In this document: positions 1-8,683 of the stretch, piece by piece
Position numbering within the stretch: position 1 is the stretch's first letter
Layout: each line of letters starts with the position of its first letter
Assembly (NCBI RefSeq): GCF_055900595.2
Contig: NZ_CM148325.1
Direction: 5' to 3' (one strand)
Length of the DNA stretch: 64,000 bases
Position numbers and translations under genes: made by a program
The notes under the pieces: generated by a model
Told to the model about the DNA's origin: nothing
Database searches by the model: none
What the model saw: only the letters and a program-made list of their open reading frames with translations

Positions 1-183
1 CTCCATTCTCGAAAAATTCATACTCTCAGCGAAACCATCATCAATCACTCATCCAGGCGTTTATGGGAGCGTCGCCAATGGCTGCTAACAATGCCAGACT
101 TCCCCGTTGCCGAAATTCCACATACCACAAATGGTCACAGGGATTGGGTGTTGAAATGATCCGGATGAGCATGTATCTTTATA

Positions 184-201
184 GTTATGTTATAACATAA
201 C
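184..201. promoter_or_regulatory. Zur-box-like perfect palindrome GTTATGTTATAACATAAC upstream of ykgM
   Basis: 18-bp perfect inverted repeat 12 bp upstream of the ykgM start; ykgM-ykgO is a known Zur-repressed operon. Confidence 0.6.
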
Positions 202-212
202 AGGTAAAAATG

Positions 213-476
213 ATGAAACCCAATATCCATCCTGAGTATCGTACTGTGGTGTTCCATGACACCAGTGTTGATGAGTACTTTAAAATCGGCTCGACTATCA
301 AAACAGACCGTGAGATTGAGCTGGATGGCGTAACGTATCCGTACGTGACAATTGATGTCTCTTCGAAATCGCACCCGTTCTATACAGGGAAGCTGAGAAC
401 AGTGGCATCAGAAGGAAATGTTGCACGGTTCACCCAACGTTTTGGTCGTTTTGTTAGCACGAAAAAGGGGGCGTGA
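213..476 (+). CDS. ykgM: 50S ribosomal protein L31 type B (zinc-independent paralog)
   Basis: 87-aa translation [16 protein letters not shown]... matches YkgM/RpmE2; second in-frame ATG chosen. Confidence 0.9.
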
Positions 477-616
477 TGAAAGTCCTTAACTCTCTGCGTA
501 CCGCAAAAGAACGCCATCCAGACTGTCAGATTGTGAAGCGAAAAGGACGGCTGTATGTGATTTGTAAATCTAATCCACGTTTTAAGGCCGTTCAGGGGCG
601 TAAGAAAAAGCGTTGA
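476..616 (+). CDS. ykgO: 50S ribosomal protein L36 paralog
   Basis: 46-aa [34 protein letters not shown]..., ATGA overlap with ykgM stop. Confidence 0.85.
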   Translation: MKVLNSLRTAKERHPDCQIVKRKGRLYVICKSNPRFKAVQGRKKKR

Positions 617-1134
617 TTCATAATTCGCCGGATTAACGATATTTGTCTGATTAATAATCAGACCGGATTAATGTTGGTGTGTTTATAACACCAACATTAA
701 TTTCCTGGGGATATATTCTTCCTGTTCATTTAAAGCCAACTGCCTGACGTTTCTCTCCGAATATTCCATTATATTAATGTTGATTTGTTGACCAGCTTCG
801 CCCCTGTATGCTGGTATCAACTCTCTTTTAGACTGAACAAGCCACTCCGCCCCCTCCCTTTGCGGAGCAGCCTGCATTTACACTCAAACTGTTAAGATGA
901 TAAATGTGGTAAATCTGTTGGTACTAACATAAAAACGTTTACGCCACAGGAACAGCCTGATCCACCAGTAACCCCATCGCCGACGTTCGAGTGCCAGTTA
1001 GAGTAACGCGCACAGATGACTGCACGCAGTGCCCTGTCAAAGAGGCCATCGTTCCTGTGACAGCTGGCAGCCTTCGTTTAACTTCACTTAATTTGGCTCT
1101 TGGGGGGCTTACCGAACAGGGTAATGACTCCAAC

Positions 1135-1638
1135 TTATTGATAGTGTTTTATGTTCAGATAATGCCCGATGACTTTGTCATGCAGCTCCACCGATTTTGA
1201 GAACGACAGCGACTTCCGTCCCAGCCGTGCCAGGTGCTGCCTCAGATTCAGGTTATGCCGCTCAATTCGCTGCGTATATCGCTTGCTGATTACGTGCAGC
1301 TTTCCCTTCAGGCGGGATTCATACAGCGGCCAGCCATCCGTCATCCATATCACCACGTCAAAGGGTGACAGCAGGCTCATAAGACGCCCCAGCGTCGCCA
1401 TAGTGCGTTCACCGAATACGTGCGCAACAACCGTCTTCCGGAGCCTGTCATACGCGTAAAACAGCCAGCGCTGGCGCGATTTAGCCCCGACATAGCCCCA
1501 CTGTTCGTCCATTTCCGCGCAGACGATGACGTCACTGCCCGGCTGTATGCGCGAGGTTACCGACTGCGGCCTGAGTTTTTTAAGTGACGTAAAATCGTGT
1601 TGAGGCCAACGCCCATAATGCGGGCAGTTGCCCGGCAT
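1135..1638 (-). CDS. insB: IS1 InsB frame (transposase made as InsAB' by frameshifting)
   Basis: 167-aa ORF overlapping insA 3' end in -1 frame, typical IS1 organisation. Confidence 0.85.
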
Positions 1639-1832
1639 CCAACGCCATTCATGGCCATATCAATGATTTTCTGGTGCGTACCGGGTTGAGAAGCGGTGTA
1701 AGTGAACTGCAGTTGCCATGTTTTACGGCAGTGAGAGCAGAGATAGCGCTGATGTCCGGCGGTGCTTTTGCCGTTACGCACCACCCCGTCAGTAGCTGAA
1801 CAGGAGGGACAGCTGATAGAAACAGAAGCCAC
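1557..1832 (-). CDS. insA: IS1 protein InsA
   Basis: 91-aa translation [37 protein letters not shown]... Confidence 0.9.
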
Positions 1833-1949
1833 TGGAGCACCTCAAAAACACCATCATACACTAAATCAGTAAGTTGGCAGCATCACCAAAACCTGCAAAA
1901 ACTCTTAGATCTTTTACAGAGCGAAGATGGATTCAGTAGCAATAAGAAG

Positions 1950-4949
1950 TTGATTGGCAAATTTCGTTTGTTACCGAAAAAATTAACCACAAAGAAAAAA
2001 CATGAATCCCAAAATGGACACGTCCACTTTTCTAATCCTAAACGAGCAGCCGACCATTTATTTAATAATTTTGATCTGATACCAGAGTTTCGTATTATTG
2101 GTGACTTCCCGGTTGATAGTCACATTATCTCTGCACTATGGATTAACATGGTCGGGCATAAATTTGATGCCAGCTTAGATAACTGTTGCTATGGCGCGCG
2201 GCTAAAGCGTATTCGTAATGATGAATTATTTAGCAATGAGCAGGATAATCCATTCCATATCAGTGCAGTGGGTTCTTTTAGCCCCTACTTCCAGCCCTAC
2301 CAAAAATGGCGTGGTGATGGCTTAAAAGCTATACGTGACGAGTTGGAAAAAGATCGTGACATTATCGCCGCCTCACTGGATTTAAAAAGTTACTATCATT
2401 TTATTGATCCACTGGCTATAACCTCTGATGATCTCTATAACACACTAAACATAAAACTGACTGAGGATGAAAAAGCGTTTACTGCACAGTTAGCAGTATT
2501 CTTAAAGCACTGGTCTGACGGCGCAGCGGCATTTGGAAAGAAAATAGCGTACAAAACACCTGTTATTAATGGTGGTCTGGTCATTGGATTAACAGCCAGT
2601 CGGATCATTTCAAATATATTGCTACACCATTGGGATAAATTAGTCATTGAAAAACTATCACCAATTCACTACGGTCGTTATGTCGATGATATGTTCCTTG
2701 TAATACGCGATACAGGGAAAATTACTAATAATCACGAATTTATGTTATTGCTGCAAGATAGGCTTGGCAATGATTGCGTTTATTTGAAAAACGAGCAAAA
2801 ACAAATATGGCAAATACAGCAGGGCGAGCATTTCCAGGGTAAGACCACCATCCAGTTACAATCCGATAAGCAAAAACTTTTCGTGCTTCAAGGGAGGGCT
2901 GGAATAGACCTGCTCGACAGTATCGAAAAGGAGATCTACGAGCTTTCTAGTGAACACCGCTTGATGCCTTCACCGGATCAACTGGAACACTCAACCGCAG
3001 CTAAAGTCCTTTCCGCTGCCGGTAGTGTAGGTGAAAATGCCGATACTCTGCGCCGTGCAGATGGATTAACCATTCGTCGTTTGGGCTGGTCACTGCAATT
3101 ACGCTACGTTGAAACACTGGCACGAGATCTGCCTCCAAGTGAATGGAAAGAACAGCGGGAAGAGTTTTATCAGTTTGCCTACAACCATATTCTTAGGGCT
3201 GATAATCTATTTGCACATTTTAGTTATCTGCCAAGGCTGCTTGGCTTTGCTATCAGTATGAATGAATGGCAGCACGCGGAAACAATTGTACTTAAAGCTT
3301 ACGAATCCATCAACCTGTTGGCATCGGTGATTACTTCAGGTAAGGAAGTGAATATAAATGGTTGCAAAACTCGAGCAGTAAATGATCTTTGGCGCTGTAT
3401 AAAAGGCACATTAAGCTGGCTATTTGTTGATGCAGCGACACGATATTACAGTCCTGACAGATTATTTCTTGATAAACGTTCAAAGAAAGAAGAGTGCCTT
3501 GCGGATACATTTTTTAATCATATTTCACAAAGTCTGACGAATCTAAAGGATTTACTGGATCTTCGCTTTGATTCAGCAGATTTTTATTTAAAAGCGCCAT
3601 TGGTAGCTCGAGCTGATTTAGCAAAGGAACCTTATAAACAGATCGTAAAGAGTCAGTCGGCAGAAAAACTTGTTAATCAGCGTGATAGTAAAAAAGAAGT
3701 TAAAATACTGAAATTAATGAGCGACTCATCGCTTATTGATATTGACGTTATTAAGCTATTTTTGAAATCAACCAAGAATACCCGACTGGAAAAAGTGGCT
3801 AAAGGAAATCGTAAGAACGAAAGTTACCTACCTTACATTTTCCCTACACGTCCTTTAACACCCGCTGAAATATCAGAACTGGCCCCCGAATGTGTTGGAT
3901 TACCCTCCACATCCGACAAAAAACCAGATGAGAGACCGTCCACCATTTGGGCAAAATATACTCAAGCATTACGCGGAGTATGGATCAAACCGACGTTGCT
4001 AGCATCGGAGCAGGACTCAGATGAAGCGACAAAAAAAGCTCGGCCTAAGAAATTCATTCATATTGGCACAGACAGGAAACATAAAGTTGTCGTTGCGCTA
4101 ACCAGCATTAAAACAGAGGAGGACGACTGGGCTAAAATGGCCTGCAATAAATCTAACTTGTCCCGTTCAAGGTACCAGCGGATTTCTGAACTGGTTAATG
4201 CAACATTGAAACTATCTCCTAAACCTGATTATGTTTTATTCCCTGAGCTTTCAATCCCGTTACGCTGGGTTAACAGTATTGCTGATCGTTTGAGTTCGGC
4301 GGGTATCAGTCTAATTGCGGGAACAGAATACCGCCACTTAGACGATAATCAACTGAAGAGTGAGGCCGTACTTGTCCTTTCAGATAACAGACTCGGCTAT
4401 CCAGCGAGTGTCAAAATATGGCAACCCAAGCTGGAACCCGCCGTAGGTGAAGATGAGGCATTATTTTCAACTTATGGTAAGTCTTGGGACTCGACACTTA
4501 ATGTTAAACAACGTAAGCCGGTATATATTCATCATGGCGTCAATTTTGGCGTTATGATTTGCTCTGAACTCCAGAATAGTAAAGCGAGGATCCGTTTTCA
4601 GGGCGCACTCGATGCATTAATGGTATTGAGCTGGAATAAAGATCTAGATACGTTTGCATCGTTGATTGAATCAGCAGCGCTGGATATTCATGCCTATACT
4701 ATTTTAGTGAATAACCGAAAATACGGCGATAGTCGCGTACGTTCCCCGGCAAAAGAACCCTTTATGCGTGATATTGCTCGTGTGAAGGGCGGTGATAATG
4801 ACTTTGTGGTCGCTGCAACGCTGGATATCGACTCGTTAAGGGCATTTCAGAGCAGGGCAAAACGCTGGCCTAAAGGCGGCGATAAATTCAAACCGTTACC
4901 TGAAGGATTCCAGTTGGCAAAGAACCGCAAAAAGCTACCGCCAAAATAA
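1950..4949 (+). CDS. Reverse transcriptase fused to C-terminal nitrilase/C-N hydrolase domain (DRT type 1 / UG1-like); 5' end probably truncated by IS1
   Basis: RT motif A ASLDLKSYYHFID and motif C RYVDDMFLV; C-terminal FPELS...GVMICSELQ (Glu and Cys of nitrilase triad); first start is TTG and frame stays open back to IS1 edge. Confidence 0.7.
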   Translation: MIGKFRLLPKKLTTKKKHESQNGHVHFSNPKRAADHLFNNFDLIPEFRIIGDFPVDSHIISALWINMVGHKFDASLDNCCYGARLKRIRNDELFSNEQDNPFHISAVGSFSPYFQPYQKWRGDGLKAIRDELEKDRDIIAASLDLKSYYHFIDPLAITSDDLYNTLNIKLTEDEKAFTAQLAVFLKHWSDGAAAFGKKIAYKTPVINGGLVIGLTASRIISNILLHHWDKLVIEKLSPIHYGRYVDDMFLVIRDTGKITNNHEFMLLLQDRLGNDCVYLKNEQKQIWQIQQGEHFQGKTTIQLQSDKQKLFVLQGRAGIDLLDSIEKEIYELSSEHRLMPSPDQLEHSTAAKVLSAAGSVGENADTLRRADGLTIRRLGWSLQLRYVETLARDLPPSEWKEQREEFYQFAYNHILRADNLFAHFSYLPRLLGFAISMNEWQHAETIVLKAYESINLLASVITSGKEVNINGCKTRAVNDLWRCIKGTLSWLFVDAATRYYSPDRLFLDKRSKKEECLADTFFNHISQSLTNLKDLLDLRFDSADFYLKAPLVARADLAKEPYKQIVKSQSAEKLVNQRDSKKEVKILKLMSDSSLIDIDVIKLFLKSTKNTRLEKVAKGNRKNESYLPYIFPTRPLTPAEISELAPECVGLPSTSDKKPDERPSTIWAKYTQALRGVWIKPTLLASEQDSDEATKKARPKKFIHIGTDRKHKVVVALTSIKTEEDDWAKMACNKSNLSRSRYQRISELVNATLKLSPKPDYVLFPELSIPLRWVNSIADRLSSAGISLIAGTEYRHLDDNQLKSEAVLVLSDNRLGYPASVKIWQPKLEPAVGEDEALFSTYGKSWDSTLNVKQRKPVYIHHGVNFGVMICSELQNSKARIRFQGALDALMVLSWNKDLDTFASLIESAALDIHAYTILVNNRKYGDSRVRSPAKEPFMRDIARVKGGDNDFVVAATLDIDSLRAFQSRAKRWPKGGDKFKPLPEGFQLAKNRKKLPPK

Positions 4950-5201
4950 GAAACTGATTTTCGCTATTAATAATCAGGGTATTTTTGCGTGAGATGTCGG
5001 TAAACATGATGTAGCTCTTGCCACTCATGACCAATCGCAGTATCTTTCTCCCGCGTCTGCAAAATCAGGCGTCGGGATTAGCCTCCTGAAGAAATCTTAT
5101 CGGCGACACATGACGCGCCAGCGTCTTTTTTTGTGTTGTTCGCACGGTTACACCTCAATGGTGGGCCGGGCGGGGGCGTCGCAAGACGCGCCAGTGTCCG
5201 A

Positions 5202-5295
5202 TAAGGCTGGTAAGGCTAACCCTGCCCGGTTCCACCACCCGCGAGATTAGCCTCTCCGGTGGTGGCTTGAACACCCACTTATCGGAGGTTGCCCT
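5202..5295 (+). promoter_or_regulatory. Conserved leader upstream of paralogous gene (second copy 51929-52022) with two mutually exclusive hairpins
   Basis: About 80 percent identity between the two leaders; stems GGCTAA/TTAGCC and CCACCACC/GGTGGTGG; one compensatory A-T to G-C change in copy 2. Confidence 0.35.
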
Positions 5296-5766
5296 ATGGC
5301 TACAATCCTCACCACTGACAGCGATTTACTCGATCTATTGACCGTCCCCTTCAATGCCACCACGGATTTCACTGTCCTTGCTGACTACTGCGCCCGCTTT
5401 GCCGAAACCCTGATTGAAACCGACGATCCCGCGCTACGACTGGCGCTCTGCGGGCGGCTTCACGCGGCTCTTGCGCTATTGCAACCCACACTACACGACC
5501 CCATCCCACCGCATCTTACCGAAAGCCTGACCGTGGATACCCTTCCCGCCACACCAGAGCACTTTATTTCCGAACCTGATTCCTTGTGCGAATACTGCCT
5601 CGCACTACTCCAGCTTCTGCTGGAACGTCCGGCGGAACCAAAAATGGAGCAAACCCTGACCGGGCTGCTGTGTGAGCTGGTCTGGTATTTCACGGAAGGA
5701 CTCAAAGCCCCGCGCTGGATGCGTACCGCCGACGGCGTAAAATTTATCAGCGAGGTGGCCGCATGA
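5296..5766 (+). CDS. Hypothetical acidic protein (paralog at 52023-52487)
   Basis: 156-aa ORF with GGAGG RBS 7 nt upstream; second diverged copy in window. Confidence 0.6.
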   Translation: MATILTTDSDLLDLLTVPFNATTDFTVLADYCARFAETLIETDDPALRLALCGRLHAALALLQPTLHDPIPPHLTESLTVDTLPATPEHFISEPDSLCEYCLALLQLLLERPAEPKMEQTLTGLLCELVWYFTEGLKAPRWMRTADGVKFISEVAA

Positions 5767-5903
5767 TGCAACAGGACTGGCATTCCGCCGACATTATTGC
5801 GGTGCTGAAAAAGCGGGGAACGCCTCTGGCGGCACAGAGAAAAACTCATTGCGGAAGCGCTGTAAATATCGCCAGAAATCATCTGGTCCTCAAGGTACTT
5901 TGA
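5763..5903 (+). pseudogene. Ner/Nlp-like DNA-binding protein, N-terminal remnant
   Basis: MMQQDWHSADIIAVLKKRGTPLAA resembles the Ner/Nlp N-terminus, then frame degenerates; overlaps integrase fragment. Confidence 0.35.
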
Positions 5904-6103
5904 TAGCAAAGGCAAGCTGGCTGGTTCAGTCCGGAGTCTCTCTTCTTGCACTTAAAGAGATGGGAGGATGGGAAACTCTCAAAAAGGTTCAGAGATACGC
6001 TCACCTTTCAGCCGGGCATCTCACCGAGCACGCAAGCAAAATCGGCACGATCATAAGTCGCAATGGCACAAATACGGCACAGGAGGAAGCGTGGTGTATT
6101 TAA
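5849..6103 (+). pseudogene. Tyrosine integrase C-terminal fragment
   Basis: LLALKEMGGWETLKKVQRYAHLS is a typical recombinase C-terminus with catalytic Tyr region; no N-terminal domains upstream. Confidence 0.6.
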
Positions 6104-6126
6104 ATATGGGGTAACTACTTGATTTA

Positions 6127-6145
6127 AATGGTGCGATAATAGGAA
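6127..6145. repeat. att core repeat: partial direct copy of thrW 3' end (matches 26845-26864)
   Basis: AATGGTGCGATAATAGGA vs AATGGTGCCGATAATAGGA at the tRNA 3' end, 18 of 19 identical. Confidence 0.6.
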
Positions 6146-6206
6146 CAATACACATAGGCGATAAGCTTTGTTTTTGTTGCCTTTTTTATTGTTCATTTTT
6201 TATAGA

Positions 6207-6227
6207 TACCCCCAAAAGTACCCCCAT
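6207..6227 (+). repeat. TACCCCCAAAAGTACCCCCAT motif near attR (copy also at 26714-26734 near attL/int promoter)
   Basis: 21-bp motif present once near each end of the element in the same orientation; possible integrase arm-type site. Confidence 0.4.
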
Positions 6228-6345
6228 ATCTTTTTCCGCCCCTGAAATTTGGTTGTTATTCATACAGCATATCAGGCGGTAACGCTCTCCCTTTAACCCA
6301 CTTATTGTATGATAGTGCTATCCCACAATAAGGAATCAGCCAGCC

Positions 6346-6705
6346 ATGAGAATGACCAGCCGTAAAAAAGAGATACTCAGTTATTTTGAGCCGGATAACC
6401 TAGAATGGGTGACAGGTGAGATTGGTGCGCCGCCGTTCGATGTGTCGGGCGTGGCCTACCTGCTTCATGGCATGGTGTCGTTCGATAAGCGCCACCAGCT
6501 CGAATCAACCCGGCGCACACTGGAAAGCATGGTTGCTGGTGGACTGCTTGAGCGGGTGACAGTGTATGAATCGCGTCAGGTACGGCGCGGCGGTGAGACT
6601 AACGCAACGGTCGTGCGCTACGGTTTACCCGGTCACTGCGCTGTTATGCGCGATACTGGCGGCGCTGATAACGCAATATCAGGCGAATACATGCGGGTCA
6701 GTTAA
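6346..6705 (+). CDS. Hypothetical protein
   Basis: 119-aa ORF, AAGGAA RBS 8 nt upstream; inverted repeat TTATTGT(N16)ACAATAA in promoter region. Confidence 0.5.
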   Translation: MRMTSRKKEILSYFEPDNLEWVTGEIGAPPFDVSGVAYLLHGMVSFDKRHQLESTRRTLESMVAGGLLERVTVYESRQVRRGGETNATVVRYGLPGHCAVMRDTGGADNAISGEYMRVS

Positions 6706-7240
6706 GAGCCTGCAATCTGTCGTTAATGTTGTTCAGGTCGTAAACCCGGCGTTCAATATCCAGCATCAGGAAATCGTGGATCTCGGCCTGTTCAGGATTA
6801 TCAGACTCTCTGGCCTGTAAGAGCAATTCATTGTAACCATGCAAACCACCCGAATTTTCCGCCGGGGTAGTGCCCTTCCCGCGCAAACAGCTAACAGGCT
6901 GGATACTGGTATCATGTGTTTGCTTCTCCAGCACAACAAGGCAATCCCACCAGTCGCCAAAGTCATACGTGTAAACCAGCTTGTCACCCTCATTCTGGAG
7001 CGCCGCCCATAGTGGCGTGATTGCCGCGTTACCCATGCTTTCATCCTCACCCCATACGCGATACTCGCTACCTGGATCACCTTTACGCCCTTTCTCGAAC
7101 ATATACAGGTGTTCGTCATTCCAGCCAAAAGCTAACTGGATCACGGCATGAAGTTTACTAAAGGGGATTTGCTCTGGAACCAGCACACGCCGCCATATTG
7201 GTGGTTTGCTGTCTCGGATGGTTATCTTTATCTGGTACAT
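6698..7240 (-). CDS. pRiA4b ORF-3-like family protein
   Basis: N-terminus MYQIKITIRDSKPPIWRRVLVPEQIPFSKLHAVIQLAFGWNDEHLYMF matches the characteristic start of this family. Confidence 0.6.
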   Translation of the reverse strand: MYQIKITIRDSKPPIWRRVLVPEQIPFSKLHAVIQLAFGWNDEHLYMFEKGRKGDPGSEYRVWGEDESMGNAAITPLWAALQNEGDKLVYTYDFGDWWDCLVVLEKQTHDTSIQPVSCLRGKGTTPAENSGGLHGYNELLLQARESDNPEQAEIHDFLMLDIERRVYDLNNINDRLQALN

Positions 7241-7283
7241 GCGTCGTGAACCAATAGTGTACGTTTAGGTGGGTATTTTTCTG

Positions 7284-7718
7284 CTACTGACCAGGATAGA
7301 GCTGATGTGCCGGGTCAAGCCAGACAATATGGAATACATTACCGATGAAAAATCCATGTATGCGACCATATTCATTGCGCGATATGGCAAATTGATAAGG
7401 TGTATAACTCTGAAACTGTTCATTCAAATGCTGAAATCCCTTAGGTTCAGATGTAGTTTGCCAATCAATCGGATGTGACTTCAACGAACCACCGCGATCG
7501 GTGGTGAACTCTCGTTCAGTCATAGTGGAAAGGTCTTTGAGGCGGTCTAACACCTTGCAAAAATAAACAGGATTCTGAGCGCTGAAAGTAAATTTCTCAT
7601 GCGCCGCATCGATATACCGAAAAGAAAAGTTGATGGTCGTTATGCCTGAACCTGTTCCCCCAGGCACTATTTTTGTTTGCGAGGGTGCAATCTTCGACGC
7701 CCTGATTCTTTTCGCCAT
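7284..7718 (-). CDS. Hypothetical 144-aa protein, candidate toxin/effector partner of Panacea-domain protein
   Basis: ORF starts 2 nt after the stop of the upstream Panacea gene; no recognisable motif. Confidence 0.5.
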   Translation of the reverse strand: MAKRIRASKIAPSQTKIVPGGTGSGITTINFSFRYIDAAHEKFTFSAQNPVYFCKVLDRLKDLSTMTEREFTTDRGGSLKSHPIDWQTTSEPKGFQHLNEQFQSYTPYQFAISRNEYGRIHGFFIGNVFHIVWLDPAHQLYPGQ

Positions 7719-7720
7719 AT

Positions 7721-8176
7721 TTAGGAAGCCATCGAACGATAAAACTCAGCCGTTACACTTTTATCAATAACATTCTTGCACGGCGCATCTGATGGAACCC
7801 CTTCACGGGCCTCCAGCCACGGCTTTTCTTGGTGCGTCATCTGCTCCAGCTCATAAGCTGTATAACCGCCAAATACCTCATAGATTTCCTTTAGATGCTT
7901 TGACACATTCGCAGGTAACTCAGGGCAGGCAATCTCTTCGTCTATTGAGCGCCATTTGTAATCTGCAAATCTGGTATACAAATCTCTGGCTACAGGGCCA
8001 TGTACCCATGCTTCAAACTTGTCAGCAACCAGTTCTTCGCCATCATTCAGCGCCATGAACCAAGCATCAGCATAGAACACCATTTTTTGCAGTTTCAGCG
8101 GCGTCATAACATCCCCATGCTCTTGAGCAAAGCAAAGCAGGTAATCCGCTACGCTGTTAAGGGTTGTAACTGCCAT
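7721..8176 (-). CDS. Panacea-domain protein (DUF4065, GepA/SocA-like antitoxin family)
   Basis: MTPLKLQKMVFYADAWFMAL...EAWVHGPV...YELEQMTHQEKPWLEAREG pattern; start moved to internal ATG at 8176 with AGGAG RBS. Confidence 0.75.
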   Translation of the reverse strand: MAVTTLNSVADYLLCFAQEHGDVMTPLKLQKMVFYADAWFMALNDGEELVADKFEAWVHGPVARDLYTRFADYKWRSIDEEIACPELPANVSKHLKEIYEVFGGYTAYELEQMTHQEKPWLEAREGVPSDAPCKNVIDKSVTAEFYRSMAS

Positions 8177-8497
8177 TATCCAATCTCCTGCCGTATGTTT
8201 TCGTCTATAACTGTCCACTACCGTTAATAATCGCATATAACCACGGGTATTGCCCATCGTAAAATGCCATTTAAAGATTCTGCGTGATGGCTCACCATCC
8301 ACCGCGCAAGATACCCGGTGCGTTTGGCTGATAATCCGCAATTTGGTTGAAACCGTCCTGGAAACCTCAAGTTTGGAAACCAGCGACTTGCATCGTAGCT
8401 TTGCCATTCGGCGGTCATAGTTACTGCTATATCCCTTTATTGGCGAGACCTGCGAGAGGTTTTGTTGTTCGAATATATAAAGGTGAATAAAGGTAAT

Positions 8498-8683
8498 CTA
8501 CCTGCGCGGCGCAGGCTTCTTCCACTGGTAGGCGGGTGATCGCATCATTTCGCGAAATTTGTCACGCCGGGCTATATTGGCATTAACTGAGCGTTCTATC
8601 TCCCGTTGATCTGCCGGGGTTAGCTGGTGGCCTTCGTGCTCCAGTTTGGCGGTGGTCAATAAAGCTATTTCGCGTGGTGTCAT
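8498..8683 (-). CDS. Small hypothetical protein
   Basis: 61-aa ORF, charged and helical-looking, no family recognised. Confidence 0.3.
   Translation of the reverse strand: MTPREIALLTTAKLEHEGHQLTPADQREIERSVNANIARRDKFREMMRSPAYQWKKPAPRR

Larger units (their letters stand above)
1120..1887 (-). mobile_element. IS1: IS1 insertion sequence, 768 bp, no flanking target-site duplication seen
   Basis: Terminal inverted repeats GGTAATGACTCCAACTTATTGATAGTG / CACTAAATCAGTAAGTTGGCAGCATCACC; contains insA and insB. Confidence 0.9.

Noticed and set aside
683-877. 64-aa ORF between ykgO and IS1
   Set aside because: No RBS and no recognisable family, and it overlaps the palindromic region; could be a remnant of the deleted neighbouring gene but cannot be supported.
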